Positions 49,724 to 61,199 of a stretch of 64,000 nucleotides of DNA are shown here, one piece after another. Numbering within the stretch: the stretch's first letter is position 1; each line of letters begins with the position of its first letter. The notes under the pieces were generated by a model. The model was given only the letters and a program-made list of their open reading frames with translations. It was not told where the DNA came from and did no database searches. Location: contig OZ360226.1 in NCBI GenBank assembly GCA_977017645.1, forward strand, positions 117,180,001 through 117,244,000, given 5' to 3'. Origin of the DNA: Torpedo marmorata. Its lineage: Eukaryota. The position numbers and the translations under genes are program-made.

Positions 49724-51007
49724 AAGGATTCTATTCTTTTCTCAATTTCTCAGTCTCTGTCATATCTGTTCCCAAAATGAGGTCTTCCAGTCCAGATCAT
49801 CCAAAATGTCTTCCAAAAACATGGCTTCCCCTCCACCACCAACTCAGTCCTTAACCGCATCTTCTCCATTTCCCGCTCATCTGCCCTGGCCCCCACTGCC
49901 CCCAGACACAACAAAAACAGGATTCCCCTTGTCCTCACCTATCACCCTACCAGCCTCAGCAACCAACATATCATCCTCGGTAATTTCCGCCACCTACAAC
50001 ATGATCCCACTACCAGATACATTTTCCCCTTTCCGCCTTCCATAGGGATCACTCCCTCTGTGACTCCCTCGTCCACTCATCCCTTCCTATTAATCGCCCC
50101 CTTGGCACCTTCCCCTGTGGCCGCACTTGCACTCACACCTCTTCCCTCATCACCATTTGGGGCCCTAAACTGTCCTTCCAAGTGAAGCAACACTTCACTT
50201 GTATATCGTCAGGAGTCATCTACTGCTTCCAGTGCTCCCGTTGTGGCCTTCTCTGCATCAGAGAAACTGGATGCAGACTGGGAGATCGCTTTGCTGAGCA
50301 CCCTCGCTCTGTCCGCATCAGTGACAGGGATCTCTCAGTGGCCAAACATTTCAATTCTGTGCTCCACTGACATGTCTGTCCATGGCCTCATGTACTGTCA
50401 AACCAAGACCACCCGTAAATTGGAGGAGCAACACCTAATTTTCCGTCTCGGCACTCTCCAGCCGAATGGCATTAACGTTGACTTCTCCAGTTTCTGCTAG
50501 CCTACTCCCCATTCTCCCTCTCTTCTCCATCCCTCTGTCTTCTTTCCTCCAGCTCTTTAGCTCTTCATCCCCCTCCCCTTGATAAGTGGTTTGCCCACCC
50601 TCCCTTATCCACCTATTACCTCCTGCCTGTGGGACTGTGCTTCTCCCCCCTACCCCTTCCCCTCCCCTCCCACCATTTTGTTCGGGCACTTGCCCAACGT
50701 TGATGAAGAGCTCATGCCTGAAACGTTGGTTATGGATCTTTATCTTTGCTCTATAAAGTACACTGTTTGACCTGCTGAGTTTCTCCAGCATTGTGTTTTG
50801 GCGTCAGACTAGTTCTGTGCAGTTTTGCAATGACACAACTGTGGTATTGTTCATGGAGCAGTTAGTCACATGCTATCATTCTTTAAGGGCTGTACTGCCC
50901 TTGTAGTGTTGAACCAAAGATTCAGAGGATGAATTGGCAAAGCTGTTGATGCATCTTGGACTTTCGGAGTTAAGTTCTTAGTGAGGCATCAGTCCATTGC
51001 CTCAAAA

Positions 51008-51705
51008 GGGCGGCACAGTTAGCGTAGCGGTTAGTGCAATGCCGTTACAGCATCAGCGATTGGGAAAAAGGTTTGAATCCCGCGCTGTCTGTAAGGAGTT
51101 TGTACGTTCTTCCTGTGTCTGCGTGGGTTTTCCCTGGAGGCTCCGGTTTTCTCCCACCCTACAAAATGTACCGGGGGTTGTAGGTCAATTGGTCTACATT
51201 TAAAAACACTGTTAGTCCCAGCATTTTGATAGCAACTCATAGGTAATGGCTTGATTTTCCAATATAAACTACATTTACATCAGAGGGACCTTTGATTGAT
51301 ACAAAAGAAAGATAAATTACAAAATAAATAATTTGCATTATTAATTATGCTGCTCTGTATAAACTTTGCACTTTTGAATTCCTGCTTTACAACCTACATT
51401 AACAACGGTTAAAAGGTAATTAGCAATTTCTGCCACTTTTGCTGAGGTTGATTTGCTTATTAACCATTTGTTTCTATCAATTAAGATTCATGTACCTCAA
51501 AAATATTTCATGCCTTTCTACTCAGCAGAAAATTAACATCCCCAATATAAACTTGCACTTGCAATGAAGATTTGTGATTTTTGAATCTCATTCTCATACA
51601 AAATGTACCGGGGGTGTAGGTTAATGGGGTGTAAATTGGGCGGCATGGACTCGTAGGGCCGAAATGGCCTGTTACCGTGCTGTATGTCTAAATAAAATAA
51701 AAAAA
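51008..51705 (+). mobile_element. V-SINE pieces (51008-51195 head and V-domain; 51598-51705 tail)
   Basis: Both pieces share caaaatgtaccggggg and are separated by ~400 bp of AT-rich DNA. Confidence 0.75.
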
Positions 51706-52072
51706 TAGGTTAGATCATTAAGTTGGGTTGTTGTGCTTGTATTATGCCCTTTGAATTCAGAAAAATAAAAATAAATACTTTATTCCTTAACTAGTACCAC
51801 AGTATAATGGATTGTGATAGCCTGGTTTGAAAAAGTCACCATACAGATAAAAAGAATACAAAATCTTCAAAATGAAAAAAACCTATTCTACAGTTTTATT
51901 TATTCTTGCTTTCACTGCCATCTTCAGTGTGTTTAAAAGGACCATGAGTTCAATTCCAAGATCAATGGTAGTGAATGTTTGATTCACCCCCGTGCTTGCA
52001 GTAGTATCTTCTAATAAAGTAAACTAGGAAACTGGAGTATGTTTGCAAAGGGGGGGATCAGTATGGTGGGCC

Positions 52073-55000
52073 TGTAGTCGCGCTACGGCGCGCTATCGAT
52101 TAAAGACGCAGAGACTGTGGAGTTAAATCATGGAGTCTTTACTGGATTCAAAACACTGAACTATTCCCGGGGCGAAAGTGATGTCAGAGACCTTTCTGGA
52201 AGTCCCGCCCCGAGCGCGTAGTTCCGGATGCCCCATTGTGTCCGATGGCAGGTCGAGACCCGTGAGTGCGTGCCGCTACACCACCCCCCCCCCAGAAACG
52301 TCCATCGGGGACCTGGAGCCCCCATCTTGTGCGCCTTGGGTGGCCGGCCTCGCCGTCACGGTGCAGGCACACTTACCGGCTGGTCGATGTCCAAGTGTAA
52401 CGTTTTCAGGCGGTCTATTGTAAAAGTCTCTTGCCGGTCACCCACCTTCACAATGCACGTGGTTCCATTCCTCTGGATCACCTTGAACGGTCCCTCGTAT
52501 GGTTGCTGTAGAGGTGACCTGTGTGTGCCCCTGCAAATAAAGACATACTCACAGTCTTGCAGGTCCTTGGGGGTGAAAGATGATGTTGGACCGTGTTTGG
52601 AGGTCGGGACCGGTGCAAGGGTCCCTACCTTGTCCCGCAGTCTCGTCAGCACCACAGCTGGAGTCTCTTCCATACTGCTGGCCTCTGAAATGAATTCGAC
52701 TGGTACCATCAGGGGGGCGCCATAAACTAACTCCGCGGAGGAAGAACTCAAGTCCTCTTTAGGGGTGGTCCGAATGCTCAGCAAGACCCAGGGAGGCTCA
52801 TCTGACCAGTTGGGGCCTTTCAGGTGAGCCATCAGTGCCGACGTGAGGTGGCGGTGGAAACGTTCTACCAGGCCATTGGACTGGGGGTGGTACGCCGTGG
52901 TGTGATGCAGTTGTGTGCCCAGGAGTTGTGCCAATGCCGTCCACAAAGTCAAAGTGAACTGCGCCCCTCTGTCCGAAGTGATGTCCTTGGGTAGACCGAA
53001 CCTGGCGATCCAGTTGGCAATCAGTGCTCTGGCGCAAGCCTCCGTGGAGGCTTCTGCGAGCGGGACTGCCTCTGGCCACCTGGTGAACCGGTCCACCATG
53101 GTAAACAGGTACCTATAGCCCCAGGAGACTGGAAGTGGACCGACGATGTCCACATGGACATATTGGAACCTCCTGTCTGGCAGCTGGAACTGCTGGAGTG
53201 GGGCCTTAACATGTCGCTGTACCTTGGAGGCTTGGCAGTGAACGCAGGTTCTGGCCCAGTGTCCCACTTGCTTGCGCAATCCGTGCCAGACAAATCTGAC
53301 CGCCACGAGTTTAATGGACGCTCAGATGGATGGATGGGACAGGTTGTGCAGAGTATCGAACACCCGGCGTCTCCACGCTGCCGGAACCACTGGTCTGGGC
53401 CTGTCTGTGGAAACGTCGCAAAGGAGCCGGTCTGCTGCTGGGCCGAAAGGGACGTCCTGTAGCTGGAGGTCTGAGACGGCGGTGCGATAGGCTGGCATTT
53501 CAGGATCTGCCTGCTGTGCCGCCGATAGTGCCGTGTAGTCAATGCCTGAGGATGAGGTGCCCACCGAGAGGAGTGAGGGGCGAGACAGTGCATCGGCGAC
53601 GACGTTGTTCTTCCCTGCAATGTGGCGGATGTCAGAAGTGAACTCTGAGATGAACGACAGGTGCCTCTGTTGCCGGGCTGACCATGGGTTCGAGACTTTA
53701 GCCAGTGTGTAGGTGAGGGGCTTGTGGTCCGTGTAGGCAGTGAACTCTCTCCCCTTCAGGAAGTGTCGGATGGCCAGGTAGAGTGCCAGAAGCTCTCTGT
53801 TAAAAGCACTGTATTTTACCTCTGGCAGTCGCAGGTGCCAGCTGAAAAAGGCGAGTGGTCGCCACTGACCCTTGACGAGCTGTTTGAGGACTCCCCCTAT
53901 GGCCGTGTCGGATGCATCGACCATAAGCGCCATGGGGGCTTCGGCCCTCGGGTGCGCTAAAAGGGTAGAGTTTGCCAGCACCTCCTTGGCCTGCTCAAAA
54001 GCTTCATTTGACGCCGTGTCCCAAGTGACGTCTTTGGACTTGCCTGCCATCAGGGTAAACAAAGGCCTCGTTATGTGTGCTGCCGCCGGAACGAAATGGT
54101 GATAGAAGTTGACCATACCCACGAATTCCTGCAGGCCTTTCACTGTGGTGGGCTTCGGGAACTGGCGAATGGCCTGGACCTTGTCTGGCAGAGGAAAAGC
54201 GCCGTCTTGGTTAACTCTATGGCCTAAGAAATCAATTTCCGTCTGCCCGAACTGGCACTTTGCTTGGTTAATTGCTAACCCGAAGTCACTCAGGCGTCGG
54301 CAGTTTTGGCGCAGGTGTGCAGCGCGCTCCTGGCGTGAGCTGCTTGCCACCAGGATATCATCCAAGTAGATGAAAGTGAAATCTAGGCCATGTCCTACCG
54401 AGTCCATGAGCCTTTGGAAAGCCTGTGCCGCGTATTTTAGGCCGAATGGCATCCTCAGTAACTCGAAAAGGCTGAACGGAGTGATGAGGGCCGTCTTTGG
54501 AACGTCGTCGGGGTGCACTGGGATCTGGTGGTATCCCCGGACTAGGTCGACCTTAGAGAAGATGGTGGCTCCGTGCAGGTTCACTGTAAAATCCTGGATG
54601 TGGGGTATCGGGTACCTGTCGGCGGTCGTGGCGTCGTTCAACCTTCTATAGTCACCGCAGGGCCTCCATCCTCCCGCGGACTTGGGCACCATGTGCAGCG
54701 GGGATGCCCACGGGCTGTCCGAGTGGCGGACGATCCCCATTTCCTCCATCTTGCAGAACTCATCTTTGGCCAGGTGTAGCTTGTCGGGTGGGAGCCTACG
54801 AGCTCGGGCGTGTAGAGGCGGACCTGTTGTAGAGATGTGGTGCTGCACGCCATATTTAAGGCCGGTGGTGGGGAACTGCGGGGTAACGATGGAGGGGAAA
54901 TCTGCCAAAACCCTGGTGAATTAGTTTCCGGAGAGCTTCACGGAGTCCAAATGGAAGGCTGGAAGGTTGGCCTCGCCGAGCTGGAGCGTTTGGAACGTCT

Positions 55001-56240
55001 CTGCGTGGACCAATCTTCGGCATTTCAGGTCGACTAGGAAACCTTTGGCCCGTAAAAAATCTGCTCCGAGTATTGGCTGTGAAACCGCCGCCACCGTAAA
55101 ATGCCAAGTGAAACGAGCGGACCCGAATGTTGTGGAATGGTCCGTTTGCCAAAAGTGCGGATGGTTGTGCCGTTCGCGGCGGTCAGCTCCGGGCCTGGAG
55201 TTGCGTTGCGTGTGTCCATGTTCGAAGACGGGAGGACGCTGATTTCGGCTCCGGTATCTAATAGGAAGTGCCGCCCGGAGGGCCGGTCCCAAATGTGCCG
55301 TTGGCAGTCTTGGTGGCCAGCCGTAGTGGCCATTAGCGACGGCTGGCCCCGGCGTTTCCCGGAAACGCACATGGTGGACGGCAGCGGCATGCACCCTGGC
55401 CCCATCTTTGGTGGTAGAATCACCAGAGGTCTGAATCATCATCTTTGTCCCCCGTGGCCTTTGGCGGTTTCGGGGTCGGGGTTTTGGGGGGCGTGATTGC
55501 AGCAAGGCCCAGGGAGGTGGCTCTTCATTGCCTACTCTGCCAAAGGACATCTGCTTTGGCTGCGACCTTACGAGGGTCGCTGAAATCCTCACTTGCGAGC
55601 AGGAGGTGAATGTCCTTGGGCATCTGCTGGAGGAACAGCTGTTCGAATAGAAAACATGGCTTATGGCCGTCCATGAGTGCCAGCATGTCATTCATTAGCT
55701 CGGACGGTGTGCGATCGCCCGGGCCATCAATCTGGAGGAGCCACGCGGCCCGTTCGCGGTGGGAGAGGCCAAAAGTTTGGAGCAGGAGCGCCTTGATCTT
55801 AATGTACCTGTCCTCTGTAGGGGGTTGATGGAGGAAGTCAACGATCCGGCCTGCCATCTTCTGGTCGAGCGCACTGACCATGTTGTAGTACCTCGTGGCA
55901 TCGGCTGAAATGTCCCTGATTTTGAACTGGGCCTCGTCCTGCTCGAACCATACATGGGGCTGAGTGGACCAGAAAGTCGGGAGCTTCATGGTCGATGCTG
56001 CTTCTTTAACTCCAGATGCCGTCTGGAGCGTCGTGGTCACCAATGTAGTCGTGCTATCGATTAAAGACGCAGAGACTGTGGAGTTCAGTCATGAAGTCTT
56101 TACTGGTTCAAAACACTGAACTATTCCTAGGGCGGAAGTGACGTCAGCGCTCTTTCCGGAAGTCCCGCCCCAAGCACGTAGTTCCAGACGCTCTGTTGTG
56201 TCCGATGGCGGTTCGAGACCCGCGATTGCGTGCCGCTGCA
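52073..56240 (-). mobile_element. Full-length, decayed Ty3/Gypsy LTR retrotransposon (CsRn1/Kabuki-like)
   Basis: LTRs at 52073-52280 and 56044-56240 (TG...CA) with 4-bp TSD GGCC. PBS TGGTGACCACGACG (tRNA-Trp-like) at 56029-56042, polypurine tract at 52281-52293. gag KLPTFW, protease LLDTGAE, RT YLDD, RNase H VDASD..YTDHKPL, integrase HVDIVGP..SDRG..NGLVER and GPF. Confidence 0.95.
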
Positions 56241-56607
56241 GGCCATGAATGTACCAAGTACCTTACAATCTCTGAGGAAAAAATAGATTGATAAAATATA
56301 TTTTTACCTTGAGTTGGGGAAAATGGATGATTCTCAAATTAATTTTATGAATACTAGGAATGTTAGGAATAAAATGAAAGACTTGAACATCCCTGCTGGA
56401 GGCATGGAATAGATGATTGGCATTACTGAAATTTCATAATACCAAAATGTACATCATTTTGTTGAGTTAGAAAAGACAAATTGATGCGGTGGTGGGGTAA
56501 AGGGGGATGCAGATTTTTTGGTGAAGCTAATTTGATCATAATGAAGATGGAGATATCTGATCGAATGGATCCATCTCAGGTGGAAGACTTAAGAACAGGT
56601 AAGGAAT

Positions 56608-56848
56608 TTTAAAATTTAAATTAAAAAAATTAGATATACAGCATGGTTCCAGGCCCATCCGGCCCATGAGCCCGTGCCGCCCAAATACCCCAATTAACCT
56701 ACAACCCCTGTACGTTTTGAAGGGTGGGAGGAAACCCACACAGATATGGGGAGAACATACAAACTCCTTACAGACAGCACCGGATACGAACCTGGGTCGC
56801 TGGCACTGTAACAGCGTTGCGCTAACCGCTGCACTAACCGTGCTGCCC
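56608..56848 (-). mobile_element. V-SINE
   Basis: Reverse complement of head, V-domain and tail. Confidence 0.85.
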
Positions 56849-57030
56849 TAGAAGTAAACAGACTGCCATATCCAAAGGGAAAACTGGATCAGCAACTTTG
56901 TTGTTAATTGAGGGAATTCAATGATTCCACCTACCAGGGAAAAACTGGAAACTATTTAAAGGATACAAATGTGATCCTGGAGAAATGCTAGATTGTTGCA
57001 TGGTACAATTCAGGTAAAGATATTGGACTC

Positions 57031-57433
57031 AAGTGGTATACCACTTGAAAAAATTACTTATAATTTACGTAATAAATATCATTTCTTTTTGAAAATATGG
57101 AGCCCATATATAAAAACTGTTGGTTTAAGGATATGAAGATCTCTGGATATCAGATCTGACTGGCGAACCTATCTTCCACAATAAAATTAGTTTATAGTTG
57201 TTCTTTTTCAATTGACATTCTCCTTACTCTATCTTTTTCTTTTTCTTTTTAAAAATTTTTTTAAAAAAAATTTATTTATTTTATTTTAGTAGATTAGTAG
57301 GGGTTGGGAGGGTTAGGGAGGGGAGGTAGGGAGGGGGGTGAAAATGTATCACATGTATTTTGATAATTTTGTGTTTTATTTTATGTATTTTGTGATTTAA
57401 AAATTTTAAATAAAATATTTTAAATTTAAAAAA
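57031..57433 (+). mobile_element. L1 3' end
   Basis: Matches 43975-44360. 15-bp TSD AAAGATATTGGACTC at 57016-57030 and 57434-57448. Confidence 0.88.
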
Positions 57434-58108
57434 AAAGATATTGGACTCCATATTTAATAGCAACTGAGAAATATTTATAAAAGATGGCAATGGAGGGGCA
57501 TAGCAATGGCAGTTGAACTGAATATGGACAAGTACAAAGAATGAGGCATCAAAGATAAACTAAATAGTTAAGCATAAAGATCAAAAGAGATGTGTGAGGT
57601 GATACATTTTGGAAAAACAAACCAGAAGGCTGAATACAGGGTTAATGGTCGATTACTTAAGAGTGTGGATGAATAGAGGGACCTTGGTGTCCAAATCCAT
57701 ACATCCCTCTAGGTCGCTGCGCAGATTGATAGGATATTTAAGAAGGCCTATGGGATTCATTAGGCTTCATTAATAGGGGGATTGAGTTCAAGAGTCAAGA
57801 GGTCATGTTGCAACTCTACAAATCTCTGGTGAGACCACACTTAGAGTATTGTGTTCAGTTTTGGTCACCTCATTATAGGAAGGATGTGGAAGCTACGGAG
57901 AGGGTGCAGAGGAGATTTACCAGGATGTTGCCTGGATTGGAAAATATGTCTTATGAGGCAAGGTTAGCAGAGCTGGGACTTTTCTCTTTGGAGCGTAGAA
58001 GGATGAGAGGAGACTTGATAGAGGTCTACAAGATTATGAGAGGCATAGATTGGGTGGACAGCCAGCGCCTTTTTCCCAGGGCAGGAATAGCAAACACCAG
58101 AGGACATA

Positions 58109-59970
58109 CAATGCCCTCCATAATGTTTGGGACAAGGCACTTTTTTTCCTTTATTTGTCCCTGTGCTCTGCAGTGTTAAATTTGTAATCAAACAATTCAC
58201 ATGTAATTAAAGAGCACATTCCAGATTTTATTCAAGGTTATTTGTATACATTTTGGTTTGACCATGTAGGAATTTCAGCACTTTTTATACATAGTCCCCT
58301 CATTTCAGGGCACCATAATGTTTGGGACTTTTGGCTTCACAGGTGTTTGTGATTACTCAGATATGTTGAGTTGCTTCATTGGGGCAGGTATAAGAGAGCT
58401 AGCCTTGCTTCCAAGCTTTTGATCACCTTTCGAGTCTGTAGTTGCCATTTTTTAACATGACGACCAGAGTTGTGCCAATGAAAGTCAAAGAATCTATTAT
58501 GAGGCTGAAAAACAAGGATAAAACCGTAAGAGACATTGCCCAAACCTTAGGATTACCAAAATCAAGTTTGGAACATCATTAAAAAGAAAGAGTGTGCTGG
58601 TGAACTCAGTAATCGCAAAAGGACTGGTATTCCAAGGAAGACCTCCACTGCTGATGACAAAAGAATTCTCATCATAATAACGAAAAATCCCCAAATGCCT
58701 GTCCAACAGATCAGAAACGCTCTTCAGGAGGCAGGTCTGGATGTGTCAATGACTACTGTCCGCAGAAGACTTCATGAACGGAAATACAGACGCTACACTG
58801 CAAGATGCAAACCACCATTTAGCCCCAGAAACAGGATGGCCAGATTACAGTTTGCCAAGATGTATGTAAAAGAGGCTGCAGAATTCTGGAAAAAGGTCTT
58901 GTGGACAGATGAGACCAAGATTAACCTGCATCAGAGTGTTGGCAAACGCAAAGTGTGGAGGCATAAAGGAACTGCCCAAGATCCAAAGCATACCACCTCA
59001 TCTGTGAAACATGGTGGTGGGTGTGTTATGGCTTGGGCATGTATGGATGCCATAGGTACTGGTGCACTTATCTTCATTGATGATGTAACTGCTGATGGCA
59101 GTAGCAAAATGAATTCTGAGGTGTATAGAAACATCTTATCTGCTCAAGTTCGAGCAACTGCCTCCAAACTCATTGGACGGCAAGACAATGATCCCAAACA
59201 TACTGCTAAAGCAACAAAGAAAGGTTAAAGGTTCCATTATTATCTCGTAATACTACATTTAGAATGTAACATACATGAAATTCTTTAATTTTTGTCTACC
59301 GTAAGGCAGACAGAGAGTCGCTACTTTGTCCAGCGCCCCTCACAGAAACCTAGAGCACCTGGTGTTCCTAGTCAGTCTCCCCTCCAAGTACTGACCAGTC
59401 CTGTGCCTGCTTAGCTTCCGGGATCAGGCAATCCCAGTCGTATTCAGGCTATTGGTGCCTGAAGTTTTTCAAAGCTAAAAACTTGAAAATTCTTGAATGG
59501 CCAAGTCAGTCACCCAATCTAAATCCCATTGAGCATGCCTTCCATATGCTGAAGAGAAAACTTAAGGGGACAAGCACCCGAAACAAGCAGGAGCTGAAGA
59601 TGGCTGCAGTAAAGACCTGGCAGAGCATCACCAGAGAAGATACTCAGCACCTAGTAGTCTATGAATCACAGACTTCAAGCAGTCATTGCATGCAAGGGAT
59701 ATGCAACAAAGTACTAAACATGACTACTTTAATATACATACCATTGATGTGTCCCAAATATTATGGGGCCCTGAAATGGGGGAACTATATACAAAAAGTG
59801 CTGTAATTTCTACATGGTCAAACCAAAATGTATACAAATAACCTTGAATAAAATCTGGAATGTGCACTTTAATTACATGTGAATTGTTTGATTAAAAATG
59901 TAAAATTGTGGAGCACAGGGGCAAATAAAGGAAAAAAGTGTCTTTGTCCCAAACATTATGGAGGGCACTG
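58109..59970 (+). mobile_element. Tc1 transposon (IR/DR type, DD34E), decayed
   Basis: TA TSD and ~220-bp inverted repeats with an inner direct repeat CCATAATGTTTGGGAC. Motifs WTDETK, QDNDPKH and SPNLNPIE, with 34 residues between the second D and E once the SINE is removed. Confidence 0.95.
59221..59460 (-). mobile_element. 5S rRNA-derived SINE (SINE3-type) inserted in the Tc1 transposase
   Basis: Minus strand reads cctgatcccggaagctaagcagg...tggtcagtacttggaggggagac...ccaggtgctctagg (5S A box, IE, C box), followed by a non-5S tail. Confidence 0.88.
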
Positions 59971-60385
59971 TATGTACAAAGTGAAGAGAGAGAAGTTTAG
60001 GGGATACACCAGGGGTAAGATTTTTACACAGAGAGTTGTGGGTGCCTGGAAGTCCTTGCCAGGGATAGTGGTGGAGGGTGAAACATTAGGGGCATTTAAG
60101 AGACTCTTGGACAGGCACATGGATGGAAGAGAAATAGAGGGTTAAGGGGTAGGGAGGGTTTAGTACTTTTTCTTTAAGGAATATATGGGTTGGCACAACA
60201 CTGAGGGCCGAAGGGCTTGTACTGTGCTGTAGTGTTCTGTGTTCTATGTGGGAACCTAACATGACCCAAGGTTAGAGAAGTATTAACAATAAAATGCAAA
60301 GTTCAAATGAAGCATAGAGGTGTACGCTGTGCTGGCTCCACACTAAAAGATTTTAAAGACTAATACCCTCACTCTTTCTATGGAA

Positions 60386-60730
60386 GCATGGTGGCTCAGC
60401 TGGTAGTGTTGCTTTCTCGCAGTGTGCCAGAGACCCATGCTCAATTGTGAAGTTGGGTCAGGACTGTGGAGTTTGTATGTTCTCCTGGTAGCTGTGTGTG
60501 TTCCTCTGGGCTTCTACAATTTTGTCATGCAGATTGGTAGGTTAATTGTCCACTGTAAATTGCCCGAATGTGTAGAGGGGTGACAGAATGTGTAGAGGGG
60601 TGACAGAATGTGTAGAGGGGTGACAGAATCTTGGATAGATTGTGAGAATGTGGGGAAAATTAAAAAAAATGTCGGATTATTATAAATGGGTGGTTGAGGG
60701 TCAGTGTAATCACAGTCTCTGTTCTGTATT
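60386..60730 (+). mobile_element. Old V-SINE with an internal 20-bp triplication
   Basis: gtggctcagctgg, gtggagtttgtatgttctcc, and GAATGTGTAGAGGGGTGACA x3 at ~60566-60626. Confidence 0.7.
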
Positions 60731-61199
60731 ACTTGGACTCATAGATTTTTCTGCTACAGAATATCGTTCTGTTTTCCATTGTTAATCTCTTACTGACTTT
60801 AAAAATAATTTTCCTTTTTCACAACTCAATAGTTCTAAAAACATTATTAAAACTTAATTCCTCTCATGTATAAATGAAAAGGTATCAATATCTCCACAAA
60901 CCCTCTCTGTTTTATTCTTTTTATAGATTTAATTTATATAATAAGATACCAAAAATTGCACATTTTTATCTTGTGTGGTATTTTAAGTGAGTAGGTACTT
61001 CTCTTGTGCTTTTTTTTTCATTTTATTTTTTAATTGTTGTGCATGTTCTTTTTTTAATAATTTTTCTGTTCATTTTTTATGACCTTCTCCAGTTGAATTT
61101 GCATGTTAAGAAATTAGGAATTGAACCCTTTTGTCTTTCAATTTGCATCCATCAAGTTAATACTCTGTTTATCTACTCCAAATATGTTGCATTTATTGT

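Larger units (their letters stand above)
49104..50802 (+). mobile_element. Penelope-like element (RT YIDD to GIY-YIG to terminal repeat) with nested insertions
   Basis: LFLCYIDDYIG and GVIYCFQCSRCG. 14-bp TSD GTCAGACTAGTTCT at 49090-49103 and 50803-50816. Confidence 0.9.
57590..60248 (+). mobile_element. CR1 (HER1-like) LINE 3' part, interrupted by Tc1
   Basis: LVRPHLEYCVQFWSPH...ANTRGH, resuming after 59970 as YKVKREKF. CR1 tail at ~60205-60248. Confidence 0.9.
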
